A stretch of DNA of 64,000 bases from an uncultured Clostridia bacterium (GCA_944389125.1 CALXLF010000004.1:2939-66938); one strand, 5' to 3'. Shown: positions 12,152-22,132, counted from the stretch's first letter. A program made the numbers and translations. Notes: generated from the letters alone by a model not told the origin.

Positions 12152-12872
12152 ATGGATGAATTAATAGGAAGAATTCACTCAGTTGAAACATTAGGAACTG
12201 TGGATGGACCTGGTATACGTTTTGTAGTATTTATGCAAGGCTGTCCTTTAAAATGTAAATATTGTCATAATAGAGATACTTGGGATATTAATGCAGGTAA
12301 AACTTATACAGTAGATGAATTAATGAAAAAAATCTTACGTTCAAAATCTTATTTTGAAGCGTCTGGTGGAGGTATTACTGTTTCTGGAGGAGAACCTCTT
12401 CTTCAAGTTGAATTTGTAACAGAACTATTTAAAAGATTGCAAGATTTAAATATTCATACAGCATTAGATACAGCCGGAAGTCTTCCTATAAATGATAAAA
12501 TAAAAGTTCTTTTAAAATATACAGATTTAGTTTTACTTGATATAAAACATATTGATAATGAAAAATGCATAGATTTAATAGGAACATCTAATAAAAATAA
12601 TTTAAACTTTGCAAATTATTTAAGTCATAACCGTATTCCTATGTGGATTAGACAAGTTTTAGTTCCGGGATATACAGATGATGAAAAAGATTTACTAAAA
12701 CTAAAAGAATTTATTTCTAATTTAAATTCTGTAAAAAAAGTTGAAATTTTGCCTTATCACAATTTAGGTAAATTTAAATGGGAAAAACTTCGGAGTAGAA
12801 TATCCTTTAGAAAACGTAAGACAAGCAACTAATGAAGATGTTGAAAGAGCAAAGAAAATACTTGAAATATAA
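12152..12872 (+). CDS. pflA: PFL-activating radical SAM enzyme; C-terminus reached by +1 shift at CGG (12791-12793); 239 aa
   Basis: GTVDGPGIRFVVFMQGCPLKCKYCHN; CTT C GGA GTA GAA TAT CCT restores KWEKL-GVEYPLENV...AKKILEI*. Confidence 0.95.
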
Positions 12873-12879
12873 GGACTCC

Positions 12880-13002
12880 GGGACAAAGGGACGGTTCTCC
12901 TGTACCACTTTTTAAAAGTTAATTATTAAAAAATTGTTTTTATTAAAAAAGTGGTACAGGAGAACCGTCCCCTTGTCCCCAGGAGAACCGTCCCCTTGTC
13001 CC
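12880..13002. repeat. GC-rich REP/MITE-like element: 34-bp inverted repeats plus 23-bp tandem duplication
   Basis: 12880-12913 vs 12946-12979 are inverted repeats with 1 mismatch; CAGGAGAACCGTCCCCTTGTCCC repeated at 12957-12979 and 12980-13002. Confidence 0.85.
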
Positions 13003-13012
13003 TTAAAAATAA

Positions 13013-13043
13013 AACCTCTAATGTAAATTTAACATTAGAGGTT
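13013..13043. terminator. Bidirectional intrinsic terminator between convergent pflA and serpin-like gene
   Basis: AACCTCTAATGT-loop-ACATTAGAGGTT with A/T tails. Confidence 0.75.
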
Positions 13044-13049
13044 CTATTT

Positions 13050-14276
13050 TTATTGAAATTTAGTTATATCATTAATTAATCCTGCCAAATATGGTGTGTC
13101 TTTTCCCTCTTCTTTTAAGAAAATTGCAAATGTATCATCTATAAAAAACTCTCTTTTTTCTGCTGGTTCTAATTCTATAGATTGTCTTTGAACCATCATT
13201 CCAGCTTCACTTGTTACTTTTCCTCCCGCTTTATCTAATTCAAATTCAATCATTTGTATAGCTTTCTCTATTTTATATAAATCCCCATTTGAAAAGAAAA
13301 ATGGTTTGTTTTCAAGTTCAGTAATTTCTGCTTTTTCTTTAAGTTTTATATTAGGAATTTTTAGCATTTCTCCTTCTTGTAAATTTTTATCTCCAGTATA
13401 ACTACTTTCTTGATTTTTAATATTTTCATATATTTCATTAAAAGTTTTTCCTTCTGGATTTTTACATAAAATTACTTCATCCTCTTGTTTTGTTTTTAAC
13501 TTAATTGCAAAATCATCTTTTGAATTATAATATAAAACTTGGACTTGATTTTTTAATAATCCTGATTCATCATTTTCTATTCCAAAATATTTTACATTTT
13601 CATAATTTCCAAAATTTCCATTTTCAAGTTCTTCAAATTCATTTTCAAACTCAAATTCTTTTTTAAGCATAACATATAAGAAATAATCTTCTGGTCTACT
13701 TTCTTCCCAATTAAAATCATCTAAAATTTCACTTGTTTCATTAAATTTGTCTTTTATTGCTTTTTCTATCTCTTCTTTTAACTCAAAAGAAGGTACTCCA
13801 ATTTTCTTATAATAATATTCTTCTGAAATATCATCCACAGTAAATGTTTCTTTATTTAAATTATCTACTACTTCTAATTGCGGACTAAATACTATATCTT
13901 GTTTTGATAAATCATTTTTTAAATCATTCCATATAAGCTGAAATGTACCACACCAAATAGTATCATTTTGAATTTCATCTTCTAAAGTTAAAGCTGTTGA
14001 AATTTCTCCTGATGAGTCTTCTACATTAGAATCATTTTCTCCTTCAAAACTTTCTACTGTATTATTATATACTTCAAAACCTAATACTTTAACTTCTGTA
14101 CCATTAATATATTTTTTATTTCCATCTTCTTCTACTTTACTTAAACGATTATATTTAGTTACTGAATATAATATAGCTCTATACTCAGTACTACCGCCAT
14201 CTCTTAATTTTATAGGAATTGGAATAAGCAATATAATCAAAATAATTGCAATTATTATAATAACTTTTTTTCTCAT
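13050..14276 (-). CDS. Secreted/membrane-anchored serpin-like protein
   Basis: N-terminal hydrophobic helix; C-terminal IEFELDKAGGKVTSEAG...EFFIDDTFAIFL...YLAGLINDI parallels the serpin hinge, reactive loop and terminal strands. Confidence 0.55.
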   Translation of the reverse strand: MRKKVIIIIAIILIILLIPIPIKLRDGGSTEYRAILYSVTKYNRLSKVEEDGNKKYINGTEVKVLGFEVYNNTVESFEGENDSNVEDSSGEISTALTLEDEIQNDTIWCGTFQLIWNDLKNDLSKQDIVFSPQLEVVDNLNKETFTVDDISEEYYYKKIGVPSFELKEEIEKAIKDKFNETSEILDDFNWEESRPEDYFLYVMLKKEFEFENEFEELENGNFGNYENVKYFGIENDESGLLKNQVQVLYYNSKDDFAIKLKTKQEDEVILCKNPEGKTFNEIYENIKNQESSYTGDKNLQEGEMLKIPNIKLKEKAEITELENKPFFFSNGDLYKIEKAIQMIEFELDKAGGKVTSEAGMMVQRQSIELEPAEKREFFIDDTFAIFLKEEGKDTPYLAGLINDITKFQ

Positions 14277-14301
14277 AAAAAATACCTTTCCTTTCATTTT
14301 T

Positions 14302-14337
14302 CTACTATTTAGACGCTTTTTTCTTTCTTTTTAGTTG
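14302..14337 (-). promoter_or_regulatory. Putative ECF-sigma promoter, copy 2 (inside last codons of the sigma gene)
   Basis: CAACTAAAA-N13-CGTCTAAATA, same boxes and spacing as the copy at 15301-15336. Confidence 0.65.
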
Positions 14338-15279
14338 ATATTTTATTAAATAAATTATTGTTAAAATTAAAAATATCGCTGAAATTCCTAATATTCCAAC
14401 TCCTAAACAATTAATATTATTTCCTTCTATCACAGTATCATTTTGAATAGCTGGAATTTCCTCTACTGTATTTTTTGTAAGATTTAATGTTTTATTTTCA
14501 TATATAGCATTTTTTTCATCTATTATGTCTTGCTGTACAGATTTATTTAAATCATCTTCTAAACTATTTACTTGTTCTTGTTGTTCTTGAGTCATATTTT
14601 CAATGTTATTTAGATTAGTATCTCCTCTACTTTGATTTTCAGTATTTTCTGTTTTATTATCTAAAACAACTTCTTGTTTCACATCTGAAACTCTATCTTT
14701 ATTAAGTAGTGTCTTTAATCCAATTATAAAAGTTATTATAAACATTCCTAGGTTACCTAATACTATTTTCAAGGTATTAATAGATTTATAATATTTCCAT
14801 TTTACAGTTCCAGATGGTAATTTTAGAAATTTTCCTATTTCATCAAATGAAAAATCTCCTATTATTTTTAATGTCACTATTTGTTTCTCAGTATCATTTA
14901 ATTTACTAATTAATCTATTAAATTCAAGTTCCTCAATAACATTATCAATATCATTATTATAATCTTTTATCTCATATATATTATCTAAATTAATATTATT
15001 ATTTTTCTTTCTCAAAAAAGAAATAGTTTCATTTTTAGTTAAAGAATATAACCAACTAGCATAATTTTTAGTAGGAAATTTTTCTTTATTCATATGGTAA
15101 AGTTTTTCAAAAACTATTTGAACAATATCTTCTGAATCTTCTTTATTTTTTAATATACTAAATGCAATTCCATATACTAATTTATTATATTTTGAATAAA
15201 ATTCTTCAAATAAAGATTTATTATCTAATCTCATCTCACTAAAGAATTTCTTTAATTCCTGTTCATTAATTTCCGCCAT
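14305..15279 (-). CDS. ECF sigma-70 factor with C-terminal extension carrying two predicted TM helices
   Basis: Region 2 (EDSEDIVQIVF, SWLYSLTKN) and region 4 (FSFDEIGKFLKLPSGTVKW), then hydrophobic LGMFIITFIIGL, acidic spacer, hydrophobic GVGILGISAIFLILTIIYLI, basic tail. Confidence 0.85.
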   Translation of the reverse strand: MAEINEQELKKFFSEMRLDNKSLFEEFYSKYNKLVYGIAFSILKNKEDSEDIVQIVFEKLYHMNKEKFPTKNYASWLYSLTKNETISFLRKKNNNINLDNIYEIKDYNNDIDNVIEELEFNRLISKLNDTEKQIVTLKIIGDFSFDEIGKFLKLPSGTVKWKYYKSINTLKIVLGNLGMFIITFIIGLKTLLNKDRVSDVKQEVVLDNKTENTENQSRGDTNLNNIENMTQEQQEQVNSLEDDLNKSVQQDIIDEKNAIYENKTLNLTKNTVEEIPAIQNDTVIEGNNINCLGVGILGISAIFLILTIIYLIKYQLKRKKKASK

Positions 15280-15300
15280 TTTTATCCCCTTATATCTATA

Positions 15301-15336
15301 CTAATATTTAGACGTTTTAATTTTAAATTTTAGTTG
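15301..15336 (-). promoter_or_regulatory. Putative ECF-sigma autoregulatory promoter, copy 1
   Basis: CAACTAAAA-N13-CGTCTAAATA just upstream of the sigma RBS; AAC/CGT cores are typical of ECF promoters. Confidence 0.65.
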
Positions 15337-15426
15337 GCATTTTTAAAATTATTCATTTTTATTATAGCATATCTTTTATTTTTAAAATATAAAAAGATTG
15401 CCATTTTTGACAATCTTTTAATATTT

Positions 15427-16395
15427 TTATTCCATATAATCTTCAACATTTAAATTAATATTTTCTATTTGATATGTAGATAAATCTGGCACTTCAACAT
15501 CTTCATCTGTTACTATATCAAATTCATATTTATAATAAGAAATATCATCATACTCTCCTTTTACTATTTCAGTTCCTGGATAATAGCTTTTTATTGCATT
15601 TTCACGTACATCTCTTATAGCTAATCCAGTTTCTTTATCTATCCAAGTTTCCCATGATGCTTGTCCTCCATCAAATTTACCGCTCAATACATAATATTCT
15701 TTATTTGATTGACGATGATCTGTACGTAATGAAGCACAAAAAGTATTTCTTAAATTATTAAGTATATTAAAAAAGTTTGAATCTTCAAATCTTATTGGAG
15801 AACTTCCATATTTTATTGCTCTTTCATTATTAATTAGTTTTGCAATATCTCCTTTTTTAATAGATGCAATTTTGTTTTGAACATCTATATCAACTATTTC
15901 ATCACTTCCTATTTCACCATAACTAACAAATGTTGTATTTGCTCCCTCATCTGAATATGAAGTACAAACTTCTTTATATTTTCCATCTTTATAATATAAT
16001 TCTATAACACTAGCCGTATCACTTCCTGTATTTGTTTGAGTTTCACAATAAAAATTTTGAGACTCATAACTTTTACTTGCTTTGCTCATTATAGAACTAA
16101 TCCTTATAAATTTAATAACATAATAAATTATTGCTATTAGTACTATAATTCCAATTGCTATAAAAAAAGCTTTAATTCTACTTTTTCTTCTAACTTTTTT
16201 CAAATAATCAATTTCTTTTTTCTGATTATTTTGATTTTCTTCAATATCTTTTCTTATATCTTGAAGCCTTTGACTACATTTTTCACATTCACTTAAATGC
16301 TTTTCTACTAATTTTTTTGATTCATCATTTAAAGTATTATCAACATAACCAAGTAACAAATCTTGAACAATTTCACATTCAGTCTTTTTCTCCAT
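15427..16395 (-). CDS. zf-HC2 anti-sigma factor, membrane anchored
   Basis: CEIVQDLL..Y..HLSECEKC (HxxxCxxC), then TM helix; overlaps upstream sigma gene. Confidence 0.88.
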   Translation of the reverse strand: MEKKTECEIVQDLLLGYVDNTLNDESKKLVEKHLSECEKCSQRLQDIRKDIEENQNNQKKEIDYLKKVRRKSRIKAFFIAIGIIVLIAIIYYVIKFIRISSIMSKASKSYESQNFYCETQTNTGSDTASVIELYYKDGKYKEVCTSYSDEGANTTFVSYGEIGSDEIVDIDVQNKIASIKKGDIAKLINNERAIKYGSSPIRFEDSNFFNILNNLRNTFCASLRTDHRQSNKEYYVLSGKFDGGQASWETWIDKETGLAIRDVRENAIKSYYPGTEIVKGEYDDISYYKYEFDIVTDEDVEVPDLSTYQIENINLNVEDYME

Positions 16396-16870
16396 TTTTA
16401 TTTACCTCCCTTATTTTTTGCTTAGCACGATAAAAATTAACTCTTGCCCAATTTGCTGTCTTTCCTAAAATTTCTCCTATCTCTGTAAAATCTAAATTGC
16501 CAATCATTCTTAAGTATATTAATTCTCTTGATTTTTCATCTAATTTTTGAATGTTTTTAAATAGCTTTAATTTATCTTCTTTTTCAAAAACAATATCTTC
16601 AACAGTTTTTGCCTCTTGCAGATTTTCTATCTCTTGTATTGGGATATTTGATTTTTTCTTTTTTAACTCTTTATACCAAAGATGTTTAGCAATTTGGCAT
16701 AGCCATACTGATACTTTACACTCTCCTTTAAATTTGTTTATCTCTTTTACAGCAATCGCAAAAGTTTCTTGTGTCAGTTCTTCTGATAGATCTTCATTAT
16801 CTGTTAAGCAGAATAAATACTTATATACTGTATTTGAATGCATTTTATATATTTCTTCAATATTCTGCAT
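16379..16870 (-). CDS. ECF sigma-70 factor
   Basis: SEELTQETF, WLCQIAKH, FTEIGEILGKTANWARVNFYRAK. Confidence 0.92.
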   Translation of the reverse strand: MQNIEEIYKMHSNTVYKYLFCLTDNEDLSEELTQETFAIAVKEINKFKGECKVSVWLCQIAKHLWYKELKKKKSNIPIQEIENLQEAKTVEDIVFEKEDKLKLFKNIQKLDEKSRELIYLRMIGNLDFTEIGEILGKTANWARVNFYRAKQKIREVNKNGEKD

Positions 16871-16953
16871 AACTTTTTCCTCCTTCTATCTAATAAGAGA
16901 TTTAATTTTTAATTTTATTACACTTTTTTTAATTTATTTTGTAAATTTATATC

Positions 16954-16997
16954 AAAAATAGCAAATAAAACTTGAAATTGTTTTATTTGCTATTTTT
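16954..16997 (-). terminator. Intrinsic terminator after PHP gene
   Basis: AAAAATAGCAAATAAAAC / GTTTTATTTGCTATTTTT inverted repeat. Confidence 0.65.
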
Positions 16998-16998
16998 A

Positions 16999-17871
16999 TT
17001 AATTTAACCATTCATCTATTATTTCTTTAGGTATATTTATACTACCTTTTCCTACACCTAAATCTATATTAGGCTTTTTATCTCCATGATAATCACTTCC
17101 ACCACTAATATATAAATTATTTTCTTTTGCACATTTAATTAAAATATCTATTCTATCATCTTGTTCTGCTGAATGATGAAAACATTCTACTCCATCCAAA
17201 TTAGTTTCTTTTTTTAATTTCTTTATAAACCCAACTGTATCATCAAATTTATATACATACGGATGAGCTAGAAAAGCTTTTCCACCTGCACTATGTATAA
17301 TATCTATAACCTCTTTACATTTTGGCCTAAATTCCATTCTATTTATAAAATAACTACTTTTTGGATCTGCTAATCCTCTTCTATAAAATGTATCAAAAGA
17401 CTCTCCGAATTTACCTAATATCTTTAAATTTTCTTCATGTTTTATAAGTTCAAAATAGATATATATTTCAATATAATCTGTTGGTTTAATATCTCTTTTT
17501 ATTTTATCATAATTATATACTAAACCTTTTTTATCACATATATCTAATAATCTTTTCTCACAAATCTTTTGTTGTTTTATTAAATTTTCTTCCTGATAAT
17601 ACTTTTTACTCCACTCATTTATTATATCAGGATTTATTTGATATCCTAATATTTCTATATTTTGACTTCCAAATACTGCATTTAATTCTACACCTTTTAT
17701 AATTTTTCCACTAAAAATATTTTCTTGAAAAGCTCTATCTTCATATTCTTCAGCTGTATTATGATCTGTTATTGAAATATATTCTAGTTTTTTAGCTTCA
17801 CATAAACTTAATACTTCTTTTACAGTTTTATCTCCATCAGAATATACTGTATGCATATGTAAATCAATCAT
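16999..17871 (-). CDS. PHP-domain metal-dependent phosphoesterase
   Basis: DLHMHTVYSDG, ITDHN, AHP, GGSDYHG motifs. Confidence 0.9.
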   Translation of the reverse strand: MIDLHMHTVYSDGDKTVKEVLSLCEAKKLEYISITDHNTAEEYEDRAFQENIFSGKIIKGVELNAVFGSQNIEILGYQINPDIINEWSKKYYQEENLIKQQKICEKRLLDICDKKGLVYNYDKIKRDIKPTDYIEIYIYFELIKHEENLKILGKFGESFDTFYRRGLADPKSSYFINRMEFRPKCKEVIDIIHSAGGKAFLAHPYVYKFDDTVGFIKKLKKETNLDGVECFHHSAEQDDRIDILIKCAKENNLYISGGSDYHGDKKPNIDLGVGKGSINIPKEIIDEWLN

Positions 17872-17994
17872 AACAGCCTCCTTATTGGTTTTATGAAAAA
17901 ATTATATCAGTGATTTACGTTTTTTTCAATAAATTATACTAAAATTGCTTAATTTTCCACTATTTTTCTACTTTTAGTGTAAATTAAACTTAAT

Positions 17995-19785
17995 TTAAAA
18001 TCCTGTTCTAGGAAGAATTTTTACTTCTTTTACTTCTTCAATTTCAGGTTCTGGTTCAGGTTGTTTTTTATTTTTTACTTCTATTTCTAAAATCTCATCT
18101 TCAGTTACATTAAAATGGATCTCTTCTTCATTTAATATATAATTCTCCAAAGTTTTAACTTCTTGTAATATGTAATCTTTGTCTACTCTTAAATCCATAC
18201 TTTCTACTTCTCCATTTTCGTCTGTTACTAATTTTTCTATTACTTCATTTGTACTGCTATCAATAATATTAAACTCTACTCCACTTAAAGCTTGACCTGT
18301 ATCAGAATCAGTTTTTACAATTTTTACTTTTCCTTTTTTAATTAGATTTCCTACATTTATTTTCAAAACCTCATCTTCAGACACATTAAAATAAATCTCC
18401 TCATCATTCAAATTATATTCCTCCAAAGTTTTAACTTCTCGTAGTATATAATCTTTGTCCACTCTTAAATCCATACTTTCTGCTTCTCCATTTTCATCTG
18501 TTACTAATGTTTCTACAACTTCTCCTGTACTACTATCAATAATATTAAACTCTACTCCACTTAAAGTTTGACCTGTATCAGAATCAGTTTTTATAACTTT
18601 TATTTTTCCTCTTTTTATTTTATTACCTATTGTTATCTCAGTTGTTTCATTATAATTTATATTTATCATATTTTCTTTTATTTCATCTAAAATATAATTT
18701 TCACCAGTAGCAGTTTCAGTTAAAATATATTTTCCTTGAAATAAATTATTAAAAGTTAAAACACCATTACTATCAGTTATTCCTTGAATTTCAAAACTTC
18801 CATCTTCACTTCTTAAACTAAAACTTACACCTTCAATAGGAACCACAGTTTCATCATCAACTTTTATAACTTTTAAACTACCAGTATTTGTGGATATTTT
18901 CAAATCTGTACTTATATTCTCATCTCCAAATGAACTATATGTTACAACGTAATTTTGATATCCAGCTGGTGCCTCACCATAAAAAACAGGATATGTTTCA
19001 CATTTGCCTTGAATATTTATATTTCCATTTAAATCTGAATTTAATTCATTTGTTGGAACAAGAATTCTAAAAATTTCACCATTTGAAAATGTATTTTTTG
19101 GATTATTATATATATCTGCAACATATGTTCCTTCAGGCAAATTGCTAAAAGATATTATAAATTGTGACATATTTACAGTAGAACTCACTTTATAATCTTG
19201 ATAATAAAATCCATCTGCTTTTAAAAATCCATTTACTTTTGAAACATTCATGGTTCCCATTGATTTTGTTTCTGTTCCATTAAATCCTATATTTACTAAA
19301 TTATTTAAAACATTTAACATTTGCTCTCCTGTAGCATCTCCTGGAACTGCTGAATAATATGATAAATTAGATTCTCCTAAAACACAATATACTGCAAATT
19401 TAGTTACAGCATAAGCATCAAAATCACTGCCCAGTCCCATTTCAGCTGCTGTTTTATATGGCCATCCATTTTTTACTACTCTCCAAACTGCATCATTATT
19501 AATTAAACTATTTACATTAACTGTATATTCAGTAGTTTCTGCACCGGGTAGCTCTTTATTCATACAATATGTTGGGAAAAACGTACCATTTTCATTATAA
19601 TACCCAACAATAGAACATACTAAAGGTGTTGAATATCCTCTATCTTCTCTAAAATATTGTAAATGTTGCTCTGCTGATCCTATTTGAACTAAATCAGCAG
19701 ACTGTAATTCTAGTGCAAAACAATTGATTCCTACATTAAATAGCAATATTGTAATTGCAAAAATTATAATTATTTTTTTTACCAT
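17995..19785 (-). CDS. Thioester-domain (Cys-Gln) surface protein with SpaA/CnaB repeats, ending LPRTGF
   Basis: Signal peptide, TYCMN motif, YQNY, three KxDxxxG..L.GV.F repeats, terminal LPRTG. Confidence 0.8.
   Translation of the reverse strand: MVKKIIIIFAITILLFNVGINCFALELQSADLVQIGSAEQHLQYFREDRGYSTPLVCSIVGYYNENGTFFPTYCMNKELPGAETTEYTVNVNSLINNDAVWRVVKNGWPYKTAAEMGLGSDFDAYAVTKFAVYCVLGESNLSYYSAVPGDATGEQMLNVLNNLVNIGFNGTETKSMGTMNVSKVNGFLKADGFYYQDYKVSSTVNMSQFIISFSNLPEGTYVADIYNNPKNTFSNGEIFRILVPTNELNSDLNGNINIQGKCETYPVFYGEAPAGYQNYVVTYSSFGDENISTDLKISTNTGSLKVIKVDDETVVPIEGVSFSLRSEDGSFEIQGITDSNGVLTFNNLFQGKYILTETATGENYILDEIKENMININYNETTEITIGNKIKRGKIKVIKTDSDTGQTLSGVEFNIIDSSTGEVVETLVTDENGEAESMDLRVDKDYILREVKTLEEYNLNDEEIYFNVSEDEVLKINVGNLIKKGKVKIVKTDSDTGQALSGVEFNIIDSSTNEVIEKLVTDENGEVESMDLRVDKDYILQEVKTLENYILNEEEIHFNVTEDEILEIEVKNKKQPEPEPEIEEVKEVKILPRTGF
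18070..18621 (-). repeat. Tandem 276-bp (92-aa) CnaB/SpaA domain duplication
   Basis: TTGACCTGTATCAGAATCAGTTTT recurs at 18292 and 18568; near-identical protein repeats. Confidence 0.85.
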
Positions 19786-19825
19786 TTTCTTTTTTGTATG
19801 AAAAATTCATACTCTCCTTTCTAAT

Positions 19826-20443
19826 TTAATTTTCTCTTACTCCTCTTACACAAAGCCTATAAGCACTTCTGTTTTCTATACATGTAATAAGAGTAATCCT
19901 GTCTTGTTCTGTATTTTCAATTACTGTCCAATCTGTTTCATAAATTACTATAATTTCATCAATTATATATTTGTATTTATTTTCATTTACAAAATAATAA
20001 ATTTCATCTCCAACTTCTAATTCTTTTAATCTAGAAAAATAATTAACATCATAACCTCTATTATGAGCAGCTAAACAAACATTTCCACTTTCTTTTTTTG
20101 ACTCTTCAAAATGACCTATATATTTATTTAAAGTTTGACTGTCAGTTCCTTCTGAAATTTCAGCATATAAATTTATCTTTGGTATCTCTAAAGCCCAATC
20201 ATACTGAGGTTGTTCTTTTTTACTAGAAATAATAGAATTTTCTGAAGTTTTTGAGTCTTCTTCATTATTAGAAATATTTTCCGTATTTTCTATAATACCA
20301 ATATTTTCTTGATTTTGATTAAAATTAAATTTATAAGAAAAAAATTTTGAAATAGAAAAAATACTAAAAAAGATTAAACAACAAATGAAAAAACTAAAAA
20401 TGTTAATTTGAAGCCTACTATATTTGCTAAAACAAACTATCAC
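19826..20443 (-). CDS. Sortase (class D-like)
   Basis: TM anchor, LAAHN, TLITC and downstream Arg. Confidence 0.88.
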   Translation of the reverse strand: MIVCFSKYSRLQINIFSFFICCLIFFSIFSISKFFSYKFNFNQNQENIGIIENTENISNNEEDSKTSENSIISSKKEQPQYDWALEIPKINLYAEISEGTDSQTLNKYIGHFEESKKESGNVCLAAHNRGYDVNYFSRLKELEVGDEIYYFVNENKYKYIIDEIIVIYETDWTVIENTEQDRITLITCIENRSAYRLCVRGVREN

Positions 20444-20679
20444 CTCCTTATTTAATTTTCTTAATGGAAAAAATTTTGATAAGAACTTATCATAAGAAAT
20501 TTTGAATAAAAAGCAGAATTATTTTGCAATCAGAAATGATTGCTGCTATATTAATACAATTTTTCTTTTTTGTCAATATTTTTTTCAAAATTAATAGTAA
20601 TTTAATGAAAAGTATGATATAATGCAATCGGAATAAAAAAATATTTTTTAAATTTATATAAAAGGAGGCGGCAATACAA

Positions 20680-21226
20680 TTGACAAAAATAGATGAAAAG
20701 CTTGCAGATAGCAAATTATTGATTTTGTATATATTGCAAAAAATTAACAAGCCTGTTAGTTATAAAGAACTTCTAGAACTTGTTATTTCGACTGCTGATA
20801 TGAATTATTTTGATTTTCAACAATTTTTAATCGATTTGCTTGAAGATAAATTCATTTTAAAGTATGTTCAAGATGATAAAGAAATAATTGAACTAACTGC
20901 TGATGGAAAAAATGCCTTAGATCTTACAATTGATATGCTACCAGGAATCTTAAAATTAAATGTAGATAAAAAATTTAAAGAAAATTTTAATAAAATAAAA
21001 GATGAACTTTCAGTTTTTGCAGAATATACACCTATAACTGAAAATGATTTTGCTGTTAAATGCAAAATAGTTGAAAATAATGCAACAATTTTTAATTTAG
21101 AAATAAACGCTGGTTCACGAGAAAATGCCAAAAATATTGTTAATAATTGGAATAAAAATGCAAATCAAATATATCCAGAAATTTTGGAAATTTTATCTAA
21201 AAACTCTCGGAGAAGAGCAAAAATAA
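20680..21226 (+). CDS. DUF4364-family protein; likely end reached by +1 shift at CGG (21208-21210)
   Basis: KLLILYIL..MNYF..Q and NWNKNA..IY..I typical of DUF4364; TCT C GGA GAA GAG CAA AAA TAA ends at the terminator, whereas frame 0 runs through it into trmH. Confidence 0.78.
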
Positions 21227-21255
21227 AGAACATGGATAATCTATGTTCTTTATTT
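21221..21255. terminator. Bidirectional terminator between DUF4364 gene and TrmH-family gene
   Basis: AAATAAAGAACAT / ATGTTCTTTATTT 13-bp inverted repeat. Confidence 0.65.
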
Positions 21256-21273
21256 ACTATTTATTGCACTTTA

Positions 21274-22046
21274 TTACCTAGTTGCATTATATAATATTAT
21301 TCCAGTTGCAACTGATGCATTTAAACTTTCTGTTTTTCCCTTCATAGGAATTTTTATCCTTTGGTCTGCTAACTCTAGTACTCCGCTTACTTACTCCATT
21401 TGCTTCATTACCTATTACTATTGCTGATCTTTTATAATCTACATCATAAATTGATTTGTTTGTTTTTAAATCAGTCGCATATATTTTAATTTTATGTTTT
21501 TTTAATTCTTTTATAGTGCTTTCCAAATCAGAAACTTCAATTACATTTACTCTATAAATTGCTCCCATAGTTGAACGTACTACTTTTTGATTATAACAAT
21601 CAACAGAATTTTTTTGAACAATAATTTGATCTAAGCCGAACACTATCTGCTGTTCTAATAATTGTTCCCATATTTCCCGGGTCTTGAATATTATCTAAAA
21701 TTAAAAATAGATCTTCTTTATAATTTAATTCATCTGATTTATTTTTCTCAACTACTGCTAGAATTCCTTGAGGAGTTAAAACATCTGTTAAAAGTTTAAA
21801 AATTTTACTATTTACATATACAACATTTTCTTTTGCAAGTTCATATAATAAATCTTGTTGTATAGAATCACCTAAAAATTCCTCACAAATAATTATAGTT
21901 TTTAGTTTAACTTTTTCTTCAATCGCCTCTTCTATCATCTTTAAACCTTCTACTATAAATTCATTATATTCATCTCTATGCTTTTTTTCTTTAAGTTTAC
22001 GTATATGTTTAATTAAATTATTATCTTTACTAGATATTACTTGCAT
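21274..22046 (-). CDS. TrmH/SpoU-family RNA methyltransferase with two +1 shifts at CGG (21638-21636, 21385-21383); 256 aa
   Basis: IQDPGNMGTIIRTADSV-(C)-GLDQI; GNEANGVSK-(C)-GVLELADQRIKIPMKGKTESLNASVATGIILY restores SPOUT motif 3. Confidence 0.92.
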
Positions 22047-22132
22047 AAACCCCTCCAGTTCTAATTTTAACCTTTTTATTTAGTATTTAATATTTTTATA
22101 GTTTTATTCTTTAATTATATAATCAAAATTTT

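Noticed and set aside
12880-13002. CRISPR array
   Set aside because: Inverted plus directly adjacent repeats with no unique spacers and no cas genes.
20490-20750. Minus-strand 86-aa ORF
   Set aside because: Covers the divergent promoter region and the start of the DUF4364 gene; no RBS or family signal.
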